DNA of 64,000 nt from an uncultured virus (IMG/VR IMGVR_UViG_3300001680_000191) (taxonomy: Duplodnaviria > Heunggongvirae > Uroviricota > Caudoviricetes): the IMG/VR virus record IMGVR_UViG_3300001680_000191, positions 1-64,000 of that record. The stretch is one strand, 5' to 3'. The notes under the pieces are model-generated. The model was given only the letters and a program-made list of their open reading frames with translations. It was not told the origin of the DNA and did no database searches. Below are positions 18,436-28,667 of this stretch, in pieces (position 1 is the stretch's first letter; the number at the start of each line of letters is the position of its first letter). A program made the position numbers and the translations under genes.

Positions 18436-19259
18436 TGAAAACTCCACTGCGATATCCGGGAGGTAAATCCCGGGCAGTGAAGACGCTAATGGAATTCATT
18501 CCCGAAGATTGTGGGGAGCTTTGCTCCCCCTTTCTAGGGGGTGGTTCAATAGAGTTAGCGCTCGCTGAGAAAGGAATAAAGGTCCATGCATATGACGGGT
18601 TCAAGCCGATTGTATGGTTCTGGCAGGCTCTCTTAAAAGATCCTGAGCGCTTGGCCACACTAGCAGACCTCGCTCGCACCAAATCTAAGAAGAAGTATAT
18701 CTATCAAGATAAAGAATATAAAGCGAGAGGGCTTCTACAGAGAGACTTCGATCGATTCAGGGATGAAATTAGATTTGCCCTGCGCTCTGGTCACCCCTTT
18801 TCATACGAAGCTGCAGCAAAAGTATATGCTATTAATCGCAGCAGTTTTTCGGGTGCTACCCTTGCAGGTGGGTTCTCTGAAAGAGCATCATATGCAAGGT
18901 TTACAGACTCACAAATAGAATATATTAGGAACTTTAAGGTGGACAACCTCACGGTGAAGCATGCCGACTTTAAAGACTCTATCAAAAGGCATGACTGTTG
19001 CCTATATCTTGACCCTCCATACTTTTTGGAGGCTGCACGATGCAAACTTTACGGAGACGAGGGAGACATGCACGCATTCTTTCCTCACCTTGCGCTCTTC
19101 TCTATGCTGAGAGAACGAGCCAACTGGATCTTATCATATAATGATTGCGACGAGATCCGTTCACTTTATCGAGACTTCGATATACACGAAGCAGAGTGGA
19201 CATACGGAATGAATAGATCAAAGAAATCTTCAGAAATCATCATTACTAACTTGCCATAA
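18435..19259 (+). CDS. DNA adenine methyltransferase (Dam-like, D12 class)
   Basis: LRYPGGKS, SPFLGGGSIE, YLDPPY, ILSYND. Confidence 0.93.
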   Translation: MKTPLRYPGGKSRAVKTLMEFIPEDCGELCSPFLGGGSIELALAEKGIKVHAYDGFKPIVWFWQALLKDPERLATLADLARTKSKKKYIYQDKEYKARGLLQRDFDRFRDEIRFALRSGHPFSYEAAAKVYAINRSSFSGATLAGGFSERASYARFTDSQIEYIRNFKVDNLTVKHADFKDSIKRHDCCLYLDPPYFLEAARCKLYGDEGDMHAFFPHLALFSMLRERANWILSYNDCDEIRSLYRDFDIHEAEWTYGMNRSKKSSEIIITNLP

Positions 19260-19279
19260 CACAGGGCATGTGTTATAAT
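19251..19279 (+). promoter_or_regulatory. sigma70-like recA promoter containing an inverted repeat
   Basis: TTGCCA-N17-TATAAT (TG-extended); ATAACACA-N5-TGTGTTAT spans the spacer. Confidence 0.65.
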
Positions 19280-19297
19280 AACATATAAGGAGAGCAA

Positions 19298-20440
19298 ATG
19301 GCTAAAGCTAAAGCAAAAGCTGGTCGTGTAGCAATACAAGACCTAATGAAAATGGTTAACAAGAAAGCCGGCAGGAATGTCGCACACGATCTGACGGGAG
19401 AAAATCCCACGTCAGTAAAGGAATGGATCCCCACCGGCTCCCGCTGGCTGGACTCAATCATCAGCAAGGGCCACCGTGCCGGCGTTCCAGTAGGAAAGGT
19501 GACGGAGATTGCAGGACTTGAATCCACAGGCAAATCTTACATGGCCGCGCAAATAGCCGCAAACGCTCAGAAAACGGGCAAGCTTATCGTCTACTTCGAT
19601 TCTGAGTCAGCCATCGACCCACGCTTCTTGGAGCAGGCAGGATGTGACCTAGAGCGACTAATGTACATCCAGGCTTCCTCTGTGGAGTTTGTATTGGAGA
19701 CTGTAGAAGAACTGCTGGGAGCAGCCGAAGATCAACTACTGTTCATCTGGGATTCACTCGCACTTACACCTTCTGTATCTGATGTTGAGGGAGACTTTAA
19801 TCCCCAATCATCGATGGCAGTGAAGGCGCGCATTTTGGCCAAGGGAATGTCCAAGCTGATTATTCCGATTGCCGACAAACAGGCTACGTTCCTGGTCCTC
19901 AATCAGTTGAAGACTAACATTCCCAGCGGACCAAACGCTCGCATCATTGCTATGACGACTCCGTATATGACACCGGGAGGAAAGGCAATGCATTATTCCT
20001 ATTCTCTCCGCATCTGGTTGACTGGGCGCAAGGCAAAGGCTTCCTTTATTGAAGACGAGAAGGGATTCCGTATTGGATCCGAGGTTAAGGTGAAACTGGA
20101 GAAGTCTCGCTTTGGCACACAAGGGCGCTCATGTGCTTTCCGCATTCTGTGGGGGAACGAAGTGGGCATCCGCGATGAAGAGTCGTGGTTCGATGCGATC
20201 AAGGGCTCTTCATGTCTCACCAGTGCCGGCGCATGGTACACCATTAAGACAGCCGACGGCTATGAAAAGAAGTTCCAGCCTTCTAAGTGGACCGAGTTGG
20301 TAAATGAAGACGCAGAGTTTAGAGAGCATGTTACTGCACTAATGGATGAGGAGATAATTCAGAAGTTTGATAAGCGCCAGGGTGACGCAAAAGCTTTTTA
20401 TGAAGATCCTGCAGATCTCACAGTTCCAGTAAAGGCATAG
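19298..20440 (+). CDS. recA: RecA/UvsX recombinase
   Basis: IPTGSRWLD, Walker A GLESTGKS, FIWDS, LNQLK, TPGGKAMHYS. Confidence 0.95.
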   Translation: MAKAKAKAGRVAIQDLMKMVNKKAGRNVAHDLTGENPTSVKEWIPTGSRWLDSIISKGHRAGVPVGKVTEIAGLESTGKSYMAAQIAANAQKTGKLIVYFDSESAIDPRFLEQAGCDLERLMYIQASSVEFVLETVEELLGAAEDQLLFIWDSLALTPSVSDVEGDFNPQSSMAVKARILAKGMSKLIIPIADKQATFLVLNQLKTNIPSGPNARIIAMTTPYMTPGGKAMHYSYSLRIWLTGRKAKASFIEDEKGFRIGSEVKVKLEKSRFGTQGRSCAFRILWGNEVGIRDEESWFDAIKGSSCLTSAGAWYTIKTADGYEKKFQPSKWTELVNEDAEFREHVTALMDEEIIQKFDKRQGDAKAFYEDPADLTVPVKA

Positions 20441-20444
20441 TAAA

Positions 20445-21434
20445 GTGAAGAATAAAAGAGTATTAATAGTAGATGCGCTAAACGCATATCTGAGAGCATA
20501 TATTGTAGACCCCTCATTGTCTTCTAATGGTCAACCCATTGGTGGGCTCAAGGGCTTCATGAAGATTCTCCAAAAGCTCGTAAGAGAAACCAATCCCAAT
20601 CAGATTGTAATTGTGTGGGACGGACCAGATGGTTCCCGTAAGCGCAAAGACATGGACAAGAACTATAAGGCCGGCAGAAAACCAATCCGCCTTAACCGCG
20701 CCTTCCATAATCTAACTGAGAACGAGGAATTGCAAAATAAGATTTGGCAGCAAAGCCGAGTCATTGAATATTTCAACAGCATGCCTATCATCCAGTTTAT
20801 GATAGAAAAAATAGAGGCAGACGATGTTATTGCACACCTAACTACTTCAAGTTATTATGACGGCTGGCAAAAGATTATTGTATCCAATGATAAAGACTTT
20901 ATGCAGCTGTGCGATGACGAGACAATTTTATGGCGCCCAGTAAAGAAAGAGCTTCTAAACGTCAGAAGGATCATAGAGCAGACCGGTGTACATCCAACGA
21001 ACATGGCTCTGGCGCGCTCAATTATTGGAGATACCTCCGACAACCTTCCAGGCATCCGCGGCGCCGGGTTTACGTCGGTAAAGAATCGTCTGTCATTCTT
21101 GTCTTCCGAAAAAGATTACACCATAGATGAGGTTTTAGAATTTTGTGAGAACTCAGGTACCAATCTTAAGTTTTTTACCAACATCGTGGAGGGCCGCGAC
21201 GTGATCGAACACAATTATAAGATGATGCAACTTTACAGTCCTCAAATGTCTATTCAAGCAAAAGATCATGTTAACTATTCTTTAGAAAATTTTGAATGCA
21301 CTTTCAACAAAACTGAAGTAATAAAGCTTATGCGAGAGGACGGCTTTGGTGAGTTAAATTGGGATGATTTACGTACACACTTAAATAAGATCACGAGGGA
21401 TTGTGTTGACGCTGCAGCCCTGGCACTTAAATAA
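20445..21434 (+). CDS. 5'-3' exonuclease / flap endonuclease (PolI N-terminus / T4 RNase H-like)
   Basis: LIVDA, VWDG, YKAGR, EADDVIA, SNDKDFMQL, GDTSDNLPGI. Confidence 0.93.
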   Translation: MKNKRVLIVDALNAYLRAYIVDPSLSSNGQPIGGLKGFMKILQKLVRETNPNQIVIVWDGPDGSRKRKDMDKNYKAGRKPIRLNRAFHNLTENEELQNKIWQQSRVIEYFNSMPIIQFMIEKIEADDVIAHLTTSSYYDGWQKIIVSNDKDFMQLCDDETILWRPVKKELLNVRRIIEQTGVHPTNMALARSIIGDTSDNLPGIRGAGFTSVKNRLSFLSSEKDYTIDEVLEFCENSGTNLKFFTNIVEGRDVIEHNYKMMQLYSPQMSIQAKDHVNYSLENFECTFNKTEVIKLMREDGFGELNWDDLRTHLNKITRDCVDAAALALK

Positions 21435-21449
21435 TGTACAGTTTTTCGG

Positions 21450-21477
21450 TTGACTTTAAGGGTGGCTGCGCTATACT
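21450..21477 (+). promoter_or_regulatory. sigma70-like promoter
   Basis: TTGACT-N16-TATACT upstream of the helicase. Confidence 0.5.
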
Positions 21478-21504
21478 TACTACTAGGGCTAGAAGTGAGG
21501 ATTC

Positions 21505-22875
21505 ATGTCGCCAGATAATGTAAATTTTGGAAGGTATGGAAAGAGCTTCCAAGAGGGACTAGTACAACTAATTTTCGAGGATCGTCCGTTCGCGGATCAG
21601 ATAACGGAAGTTCTAGATGTTGGCTTTCTTGAACTAGAGTATCTACGTGTTTTTATTACGAAAATACTGGACTATCGGGACAGGTATAACAAGCATCCAT
21701 CTGTGGATGCGGTCACTACCATACTCCGTACCGAGTTAGAAGGTGAAGACGGTGTAATTCAAAAACAGGTAAGGGATTATTTTGTTAGAATTCACACGCG
21801 GGAGATTCAAGATATTGAGTATATTAAAGAAGCTTCTTTGGACTTTTGCCGTAAGCAGAATCTTAAAGAGGCCATGCTAAAATCTGTGGGACTCCTGCAG
21901 AGCTGTTCCTTTGACGAAATTTCCAGTACAATAAATGAAGCGCTTAAACTGGGATCGGATAATAACTTTGGCTATGAATATATCACAGACTTTGAAAAAA
22001 GATATGAAATTAAACACCGAAATCCGGTTACTACTGGGTGGAAAGATATTGATGGTATTGTAGGTGGAGGATTAGGTAAAAGTGAGTTGGGGGTAGTAAT
22101 TGCTCCGACCGGCGCTGGAAAGTCTATGGTCCTCGTACATCTAGGATCAAATGCTGTGATCGAAGGGAAGGTGGTAGTACATTATACACTAGAACTGCAG
22201 GACACAGTCATTGCAAATCGCTACGATAGTTGTATTACCGGGTATCCTCTTTCTGATTTACGTACTTTTAAAGACGAAATATATGAACAAATCAAGGACA
22301 TTGATGGTAAACTGATCATCAAGGAGTATCCTACGAAGTCTGCTACTACCAATACTATCCGTTCCCATCTTTCGCGCCTTGTTAAACGCGGCATCAAGCC
22401 CGGGCTGATAATTGTAGATTATGCTGATCTTTTAAGGCCAGTTATTGTCCGCAAAGAAAAGCGCGACGAGTTAGGATCTATTTATGAGGAGTTAAGAGCT
22501 ATCTCGACAGAGTTCCAGTGCCCTATCTGGACCGCTTCACAAACAAATCGAGCAGGACTTAGTGCAGAGGTGATTACGATGGAACAAATATCAGAAGCCT
22601 TTAACAAATGCTTCGTTGCGGACTTTATCTTTTCGGTATCACGAACAATTGAGGATAAACAAAACAATAAAGGCAAAATTTTTATTGCCAAGAATAGGAA
22701 CGGACCAGATGGCATGGTGTTTAACATATTTATGGACACATCCAATGTCAGTATTAAGATACTCCCCAGATCTCCTGTCACCAATGGAATAATACCAGGA
22801 ACCCCCGTTGCCTTAACCGCTACAATGCAAAAAGGGTTGCTTAAAAATAAATATGAAAAATTTAGAAGGAATTAA
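21505..22875 (+). CDS. Replicative SF4 helicase (DnaB/gp41-like)
   Basis: APTGAGKS, YTLE, IIVDYADLL, WTASQTNR, KNRNG. Confidence 0.93.
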   Translation: MSPDNVNFGRYGKSFQEGLVQLIFEDRPFADQITEVLDVGFLELEYLRVFITKILDYRDRYNKHPSVDAVTTILRTELEGEDGVIQKQVRDYFVRIHTREIQDIEYIKEASLDFCRKQNLKEAMLKSVGLLQSCSFDEISSTINEALKLGSDNNFGYEYITDFEKRYEIKHRNPVTTGWKDIDGIVGGGLGKSELGVVIAPTGAGKSMVLVHLGSNAVIEGKVVVHYTLELQDTVIANRYDSCITGYPLSDLRTFKDEIYEQIKDIDGKLIIKEYPTKSATTNTIRSHLSRLVKRGIKPGLIIVDYADLLRPVIVRKEKRDELGSIYEELRAISTEFQCPIWTASQTNRAGLSAEVITMEQISEAFNKCFVADFIFSVSRTIEDKQNNKGKIFIAKNRNGPDGMVFNIFMDTSNVSIKILPRSPVTNGIIPGTPVALTATMQKGLLKNKYEKFRRN

Positions 22876-22880
22876 TAAAA

Positions 22881-24848
22881 ATGAGAACCATTGAGAACAT
22901 CCGCCGATTTAGATTATCGGACACATTTATCGAACCATATAAAACAGCAAAGGTACCCTGGGGCCCGATCGGCTATATCACATACAAACGCACATATTCG
23001 AGACGGTTGAGCGAATTTGATCCACAAGCAACCGGTACCGAAGAATGGCACCAGACATGCCGCCGCGTGATCGAGGGAATGTTTAATGTCCAGAAGCAAC
23101 ATGTTGTTATGTTGGGACTAGGCTGGAACGATCAGAAAGCACAGACGACGGCTAAGGACGCATACGATCGCCTATTCAACCTGAAATGGACGCCTCCGGG
23201 CCGCGGCTTATGGATGATGGGGACGAAGTTTGTGGAAGAGAAAACTGGGGCTGCATTGTTTAACTGTGCCTTTCGTTCAACCAAAGAGTTGGCCACCAAG
23301 GGTGGCTATCTGTTCGCTTGGATGATGGACGCATTGATGCTCGGTGTCGGTGTTGGTTTCGACACTCTTGGGGCAAATACGTTTACCATCAAAGAGCCAG
23401 AATACACAGGCGACACACTTATAATCGATGACAGCCGTGAAGGATGGGTCAATTCGGTTCATAACCTTCTCGATGGCTTCTTTTTAGGTGCCAAAGTACC
23501 AAAGTTTGACTACACAGCCATCCGGCCTCCCGGTTCTAAAATTAATGGATTCGGTGGAACAGCGTCAGGACATGAACCACTGCTGGAACTACACGAAAAC
23601 TTAACAGAACTGTTCGCCTCTAAGATCGGAGAGCCTATCTCATCGGTCGATATTGTTGATACAGAGAATCTTATCGGTCGGTGTGTGGTAGCCGGAAACG
23701 TCCGCCGATCGGCCGCTCTAGCGATGGGGAACTACGATGATAAACGCTACCTTGAGATGAAAAACGATCAAGAGAAGTTATATCATCATCGATGGGGCTC
23801 CAATAACTCCTTCAATGCGGTGGTTGGAATGGACTACACTTGGCACGCAGAACAGAGTAAGAAAAACGGCGAGCCCGGCTATATCTGGTTGCGAAACGCA
23901 CAGACCAAGGGACGCTTTAAGGATGATGATCGATTAGATGACGTTAATGTGGCAGGATTCAACCCCTGCAGCGAACAGCAACTTCACGATGGTGAATGCT
24001 GTTGTTTGGTGGAGACATTCCCCGCAAAGCACGAGACGTATGAGGACTATCTAAAAACTCTCAAGTGTGCGTATCTATATGGGAAGACAGTCACGCTGGT
24101 CAATACTCACTGGCCCGAGACCAACGCCATGATGCTCAAGAACCGCCGTATCGGACTTTCACAGTCGGGCATCGTCCAAGCATTTAATAAACATGGCCGG
24201 CGTAATATGTTAAAGTGGTGCGATGATGCTTACGAACACATTCAGTTACTTGACAAAGAATATTCAGACTGGCTGTGTGTTCCCAAATCGATCAGAACAA
24301 CTTCTATTAAGCCATCGGGAACTGTGTCGTTGCTGAACGGCTCCACGCCCGGCATCCACTTCCCAGAAGATGAATACTATATTAGACGTATCAGGTTCTC
24401 AAAAGAATCAAAATTACTTGACAGCATTAGAGAAGCCGGCTATACTATGGAGGATGATGAATATTCTCCGAATACTACTTGTGTCGAGTTTCCTGTCAAA
24501 GAGCCGTATTTCCACAAAGGAAAGCGGGATGTCTCGATGTGGGAACAACTTGAAATTGCTGCCCAGTATCAACATTATTGGGCCGATAACGCCGTGTCTG
24601 TTACTATCACGTTTAAGGATGAGGAAGCAGGCCAAATTAAAAGTGCTCTTGAACTATATGAGACAAGACTTAAAGCAGTCTCCTTCCTTAGATACAAAGA
24701 AACCGGATACAAACAAGCACCATACGAACCAATAACGAAAGAAGAGTATGAAGAGAGAATAAAGAAAGTGGTTCAAATTCAGCGCATTGATACTGAAGAA
24801 GCCGGCGAAGGAACTAAGTTCTGTACAAACGACACCTGCACAATTTAA
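22881..24848 (+). CDS. nrdJ: Class II (B12-dependent) ribonucleotide reductase
   Basis: PPGRGLW, FNCAF, VAGNVRRSA, GEPG, NPCSEQ, TSIKPSGTVSLL, C-terminal CxxxxC. Confidence 0.93.
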   Translation: MRTIENIRRFRLSDTFIEPYKTAKVPWGPIGYITYKRTYSRRLSEFDPQATGTEEWHQTCRRVIEGMFNVQKQHVVMLGLGWNDQKAQTTAKDAYDRLFNLKWTPPGRGLWMMGTKFVEEKTGAALFNCAFRSTKELATKGGYLFAWMMDALMLGVGVGFDTLGANTFTIKEPEYTGDTLIIDDSREGWVNSVHNLLDGFFLGAKVPKFDYTAIRPPGSKINGFGGTASGHEPLLELHENLTELFASKIGEPISSVDIVDTENLIGRCVVAGNVRRSAALAMGNYDDKRYLEMKNDQEKLYHHRWGSNNSFNAVVGMDYTWHAEQSKKNGEPGYIWLRNAQTKGRFKDDDRLDDVNVAGFNPCSEQQLHDGECCCLVETFPAKHETYEDYLKTLKCAYLYGKTVTLVNTHWPETNAMMLKNRRIGLSQSGIVQAFNKHGRRNMLKWCDDAYEHIQLLDKEYSDWLCVPKSIRTTSIKPSGTVSLLNGSTPGIHFPEDEYYIRRIRFSKESKLLDSIREAGYTMEDDEYSPNTTCVEFPVKEPYFHKGKRDVSMWEQLEIAAQYQHYWADNAVSVTITFKDEEAGQIKSALELYETRLKAVSFLRYKETGYKQAPYEPITKEEYEERIKKVVQIQRIDTEEAGEGTKFCTNDTCTI

Positions 24849-24858
24849 CGAGAGAGAA

Positions 24859-25089
24859 ATGAATTTTAATCATTTAATAGAAAGAAGCGAACTAAAAAGA
24901 ACATGTAACGCACTCGGACATAAAGAGTGTTATTACCAGCCCGTTGGTGACGGACAAACTACCGCCGGAAATAATTATCATGTTACAATGAATTGCAAAA
25001 ATTGTGGACGCCGAACCGAAGCATTCATGTCTGAGAGACAGTATAAACAACACAGCAGTATTTTAGAAAGAGAGATAAGCAATGTTTAA
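24859..25089 (+). CDS. Small Cys-rich hypothetical protein
   Basis: ATG 24859 after a GAGAG-type RBS; CKNC motif. Confidence 0.6.
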   Translation: MNFNHLIERSELKRTCNALGHKECYYQPVGDGQTTAGNNYHVTMNCKNCGRRTEAFMSERQYKQHSSILEREISNV

Positions 25090-25354
25090 TCCAGTTAATC
25101 GACACATTCTTATTGATGTTAACAACAACCCTGACCCCTCCGCAGAATCTTTAATTGTTCTTCCAGAAGATTATGCTCCGGAAATTGATCGCCATGCGGA
25201 AGTGTCGGTATTGAGGGCTGCCCCTGATTTACGAATCGATGTTGGTCAAGGGGACAAACTTATAGTGGACCGGTCTATGATCGAAGAAATTAGTATCGGC
25301 GGCACTATTTATAACGTTATATTAGATAACTATGTGCTGGGAATTATAAAATAA
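25082..25354 (+). CDS. groES: GroES-like co-chaperonin
   Basis: MFNPVNRHILID, IVLP, VGQGDKLIV, VLGII follow the GroES pattern; GroEL is present in the window. Confidence 0.65.
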   Translation: MFNPVNRHILIDVNNNPDPSAESLIVLPEDYAPEIDRHAEVSVLRAAPDLRIDVGQGDKLIVDRSMIEEISIGGTIYNVILDNYVLGIIK

Positions 25355-25379
25355 AGGACCCAGCGGGGGTCAACGATAC

Positions 25380-26309
25380 ATGGACAAACACTTCTATAAT
25401 GAAGCATCAGCCAAGAAGCTTGGCTGGGAGCCCGGATGGTTTGGCGAAAAGTACTTTGATGATAAATTAGTACGCGCCATCAAGAAATGGCAGAAAGGCC
25501 GTGGACTAAAAGGCGATGGGCTGTGTGGTCCGATGACATTCCGGCGTTTGTGGACTGAGCGCCAAGCGGCCATCGATGACTACAAGCCCAACGATTGCCA
25601 CTATTCTAATTACATTGTATACAATGGAGACTTCCACCCGATTGAATGGGATAAGTTTGTTCTGTGGTCTGAAAAAGGTGGGATGCAAGCGAAAAGCGGA
25701 CACTACTATGATTACTCCGGGCGCCCAAAGCGCAAGATTAGATACTTTGTTAATCATTGGGATGTGTGCCTATCCTCCAAGTCGTGTCAGAGCGTTCTGG
25801 ATAGACGCGGTATCTCAGTTCATTTTTTGATAGATAACGATGGCACCATATACCAGACTCTTGACATGCAACATGCCGCATGGCATGCCGGCTCTTCTCG
25901 TACTAACCGCCCGTCCGTGGGCGTAGAGATTAGTAATGCATACTACCCTAAATATCAAGACTGGTACAAATCTCACGGCTTCGGGTCACGCCCTGTGATA
26001 GATGGGGCTTGGGTCCATAGCCATCAGCTAGACGCGTTTCTTGGGTTTTATCCTGAGCAGATTAAGGCAGCGCAAGCTCTCTGGAAAGCCATCCATGGAG
26101 CAACAGGAATTCCCTACGAATGCCCCACTGGTCAGTTTGGAAAAACCTCTACTAAGTATGAGCAAAATGTGGCGTATGGCAACTATTCTGGATTTGTGAG
26201 CCACTACCATATCAGTAAAAATAAAATAGACTGCGCTGGGCTAGAGTTAAGAGACCTGTTGGACGAGGTTAAATACGATATTGAGATCTTAGATAAGATA
26301 AAGAATTAA
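25380..26309 (+). CDS. Endolysin: peptidoglycan-binding domain plus N-acetylmuramoyl-L-alanine amidase
   Basis: AIKKWQK..GLKGDGLCGPMT; SVHFLIDNDG, AWHAG, SVGVE, SHY...KIDC. Confidence 0.9.
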   Translation: MDKHFYNEASAKKLGWEPGWFGEKYFDDKLVRAIKKWQKGRGLKGDGLCGPMTFRRLWTERQAAIDDYKPNDCHYSNYIVYNGDFHPIEWDKFVLWSEKGGMQAKSGHYYDYSGRPKRKIRYFVNHWDVCLSSKSCQSVLDRRGISVHFLIDNDGTIYQTLDMQHAAWHAGSSRTNRPSVGVEISNAYYPKYQDWYKSHGFGSRPVIDGAWVHSHQLDAFLGFYPEQIKAAQALWKAIHGATGIPYECPTGQFGKTSTKYEQNVAYGNYSGFVSHYHISKNKIDCAGLELRDLLDEVKYDIEILDKIKN

Positions 26310-26331
26310 ATTTTTTAATTCTAGTTAATGC

Positions 26332-26868
26332 ATGGGCATTATACTTCTCTTCTTGAGTTGCGTGGGATTGGTGACACACGAAGAGGCGATTCTAAAGATA
26401 AATGATACCATTCCTATGGAAGTTTTTGCGCTGGGTGAGCCCAAGCGCAAAGCGGAGTGGAAAAGCCCACCCAGTGTGCGTGTCTGTGCAACGTCTGAGG
26501 TCTCTTTGTCCCGGGTATATAATGCGGTTGAATATTGGAGCCGGCTCGGGTATGAATTTGGTATCGTGAAAAAGGATAATTTTAGCATGTGTATGAACCC
26601 CAAGATGGGAGAAATAATAATAACTTTACCCGAGTCTGGATTTGCCAATTCTAATATGGCATCCACACGCTTATATACGGACACGACAACAGGTGCCATT
26701 GTGAAAGCTAAAATATTTGTTTTACCTAAATATGCACGAAAAGATCGAGTGTTAGAACACGAATTTGGCCACGCATTAGGGTGGTTACACTACCGCCAAC
26801 GTTATCATATAATGCACCCTATCTGGTATTATGGTGGTTTCGATTCTTATGGAATCCGCCAAAAATAA
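26332..26868 (+). CDS. Matrixin-like zinc metalloprotease with signal peptide
   Basis: HEFGHALGWLH plus the Met-turn HIMHP; hydrophobic N-terminus. Confidence 0.85.
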   Translation: MGIILLFLSCVGLVTHEEAILKINDTIPMEVFALGEPKRKAEWKSPPSVRVCATSEVSLSRVYNAVEYWSRLGYEFGIVKKDNFSMCMNPKMGEIIITLPESGFANSNMASTRLYTDTTTGAIVKAKIFVLPKYARKDRVLEHEFGHALGWLHYRQRYHIMHPIWYYGGFDSYGIRQK

Positions 26869-26897
26869 TTGACAAACAAAGTCAACTAAGTTATAAT
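26869..26897 (+). promoter_or_regulatory. sigma70 consensus promoter
   Basis: TTGACA-N17-TATAAT. Confidence 0.75.
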
Positions 26898-26904
26898 ATA
26901 ACAA

Positions 26905-27792
26905 TTGATATTTGAGTACGATAAAATAGTGGTAGGAAGTTGCTTGGACGCTGTTCTTTACGCATTCAACAATAACTGTCCTATTTTTTTTACAAAGGCA
27001 CAACGACCCTTTAGATTTGACTATTTGGAACCAGGCCAAGACTTGACTTTTTTGAAGGCCCCCAGCCGGCCTCCTAAAAGTTTAACGACGTTTGAAGAAG
27101 AAAAACTTATAGGCATCCCGAAAAGCGTTCTGTGGGAGAGGTTGCTGTTTTTGCTTTCTTTAGATGGCAAGGCGCCCCTTTCGAATTTGTGTCACACGAT
27201 GCGTTATAATGGTGATACTCTCGTTTGCTCTAATGAGTATTCGAAGATTTTTGAATTGAAGTTTAATGAGTGCTTATACTTTGGCGATCAATCAGCCGCC
27301 GGACTGGCCACCGAGAAATCTCTTGACGAGACCACATATATATGTTATGATTATATTGCATTCAATAAAGGCGGCAAGCATGAAATCGACCATATTCGCA
27401 CAAATGATGATTTTGTCAGCGAGATATGGTTTTATTCTTCCGACCGTATTGATGGAAATACTCCTGTTAGAGATGCTTGTGCGGTATCAACACTAACAGA
27501 ACAACAGCTATTGGATTTTGATCATTCCGAAACAATGGCGCGCTTTAAAACCATTCATGAAATGGAATCCAGAGGAATGAAAGGACAATTTGCAGGTGGA
27601 TACACAACAGCCGGAAACCCGAAACATTACAAATTTAGAACAACTAGCATTGGACGCCAAACGCATCAGCAAAGAACTGAAGCCACACCGAGTGAAGCGA
27701 ATGTCACGATTCCGAAGCAAAGTACACAAAGTTTGCTTAATTCTTTGTCGTCCGCTAGCGTGGCCTACGATAGATTTTTAAAATATTTATGA
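26905..27792 (+). CDS. Hypothetical protein with a degenerate Rossmann-like N-terminus
   Basis: YDKIVVGSCLDAVLYA resembles a FAD/NAD-binding beta-alpha start without an intact GxGxxG. Confidence 0.5.
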   Translation: MIFEYDKIVVGSCLDAVLYAFNNNCPIFFTKAQRPFRFDYLEPGQDLTFLKAPSRPPKSLTTFEEEKLIGIPKSVLWERLLFLLSLDGKAPLSNLCHTMRYNGDTLVCSNEYSKIFELKFNECLYFGDQSAAGLATEKSLDETTYICYDYIAFNKGGKHEIDHIRTNDDFVSEIWFYSSDRIDGNTPVRDACAVSTLTEQQLLDFDHSETMARFKTIHEMESRGMKGQFAGGYTTAGNPKHYKFRTTSIGRQTHQQRTEATPSEANVTIPKQSTQSLLNSLSSASVAYDRFLKYL

Positions 27793-28667
27793 GCCGTTTG
27801 CACCTAGCAGGCATAATACCCTTAGCTAATCTTAAGACTAATTTTCAGGTGGCGATACCGGAAGTTCTTCTACCTATTGGTCATGGATTTTCAGCTATTC
27901 AGAAATCAGTTTTTGAGTGTGCCATGGCTGGATGCAATACTATTTGGATTGTGGCAAACGATGATTTGGCTCCTGTTATTAGAGAAATCGTGGGTGACTG
28001 GGTATATGATCCGGTATATTATCACAGTCCAGCCAAATTTAGTTCGGAACAACGAAAAGAAATACCTATTTACTACGTACCGATTCACCCGAAGGATCGC
28101 GATAGACGTGATTCTTATGGGTGGTCGGTTTTATATGGCATACACTGTGCTTGGAGAGTCGCTCATAATATTTCTCAATGGATCACACCCGACAAATATT
28201 ATATTTCGTTTCCTCTTTCGGCATTTGATGTATACCAAGTGAGAACCTGGCGCCGAGAAATCTCGGATCCAAAGAAGAATTTTTTCTTCACTCACAAACA
28301 AAACCATATTAAAAATAATTTACCAATTTCATTTACAATGACAGGAGAAGACTTTAAATTATGCCGAAGAACAGTAAACCAAAAGACAACAAGGGAATAT
28401 TTACCCCCTTCACCGGGCCAGCAGTACCCAAGCCAAAAATTACCACTGCAAGACCGGTGGTCAGCCCGATACTTCACTCTGGAAGACGTTTTTGAGGCAG
28501 TAGACGATAAAAATGCTCACAAAGTAGAGCTTGATTGGCATTACGATATCTCTAATTGGAGTGGGTATCGTAATTTTCTATCTTCAGACAATATAATAAA
28601 TACTCCTGAAGAGGGGTTGACAAAACCCCACATACATGTTAAATTACCATATACCTCGGAGGAATAA
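27789..28667 (+). CDS. Degenerate sugar-nucleotidyltransferase-like protein
   Basis: LAGIIPLA...PEVLLPIG...ECAMAGCNTIWIV resembles the NTP_transferase N-terminus; GxGTR is absent. Confidence 0.5.
   Translation: MSRLHLAGIIPLANLKTNFQVAIPEVLLPIGHGFSAIQKSVFECAMAGCNTIWIVANDDLAPVIREIVGDWVYDPVYYHSPAKFSSEQRKEIPIYYVPIHPKDRDRRDSYGWSVLYGIHCAWRVAHNISQWITPDKYYISFPLSAFDVYQVRTWRREISDPKKNFFFTHKQNHIKNNLPISFTMTGEDFKLCRRTVNQKTTREYLPPSPGQQYPSQKLPLQDRWSARYFTLEDVFEAVDDKNAHKVELDWHYDISNWSGYRNFLSSDNIINTPEEGLTKPHIHVKLPYTSEE
28617..28645 (+). promoter_or_regulatory. sigma70-like promoter
   Basis: TTGACA-N17-TAAATT with TG extension before dnaE. Confidence 0.5.
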
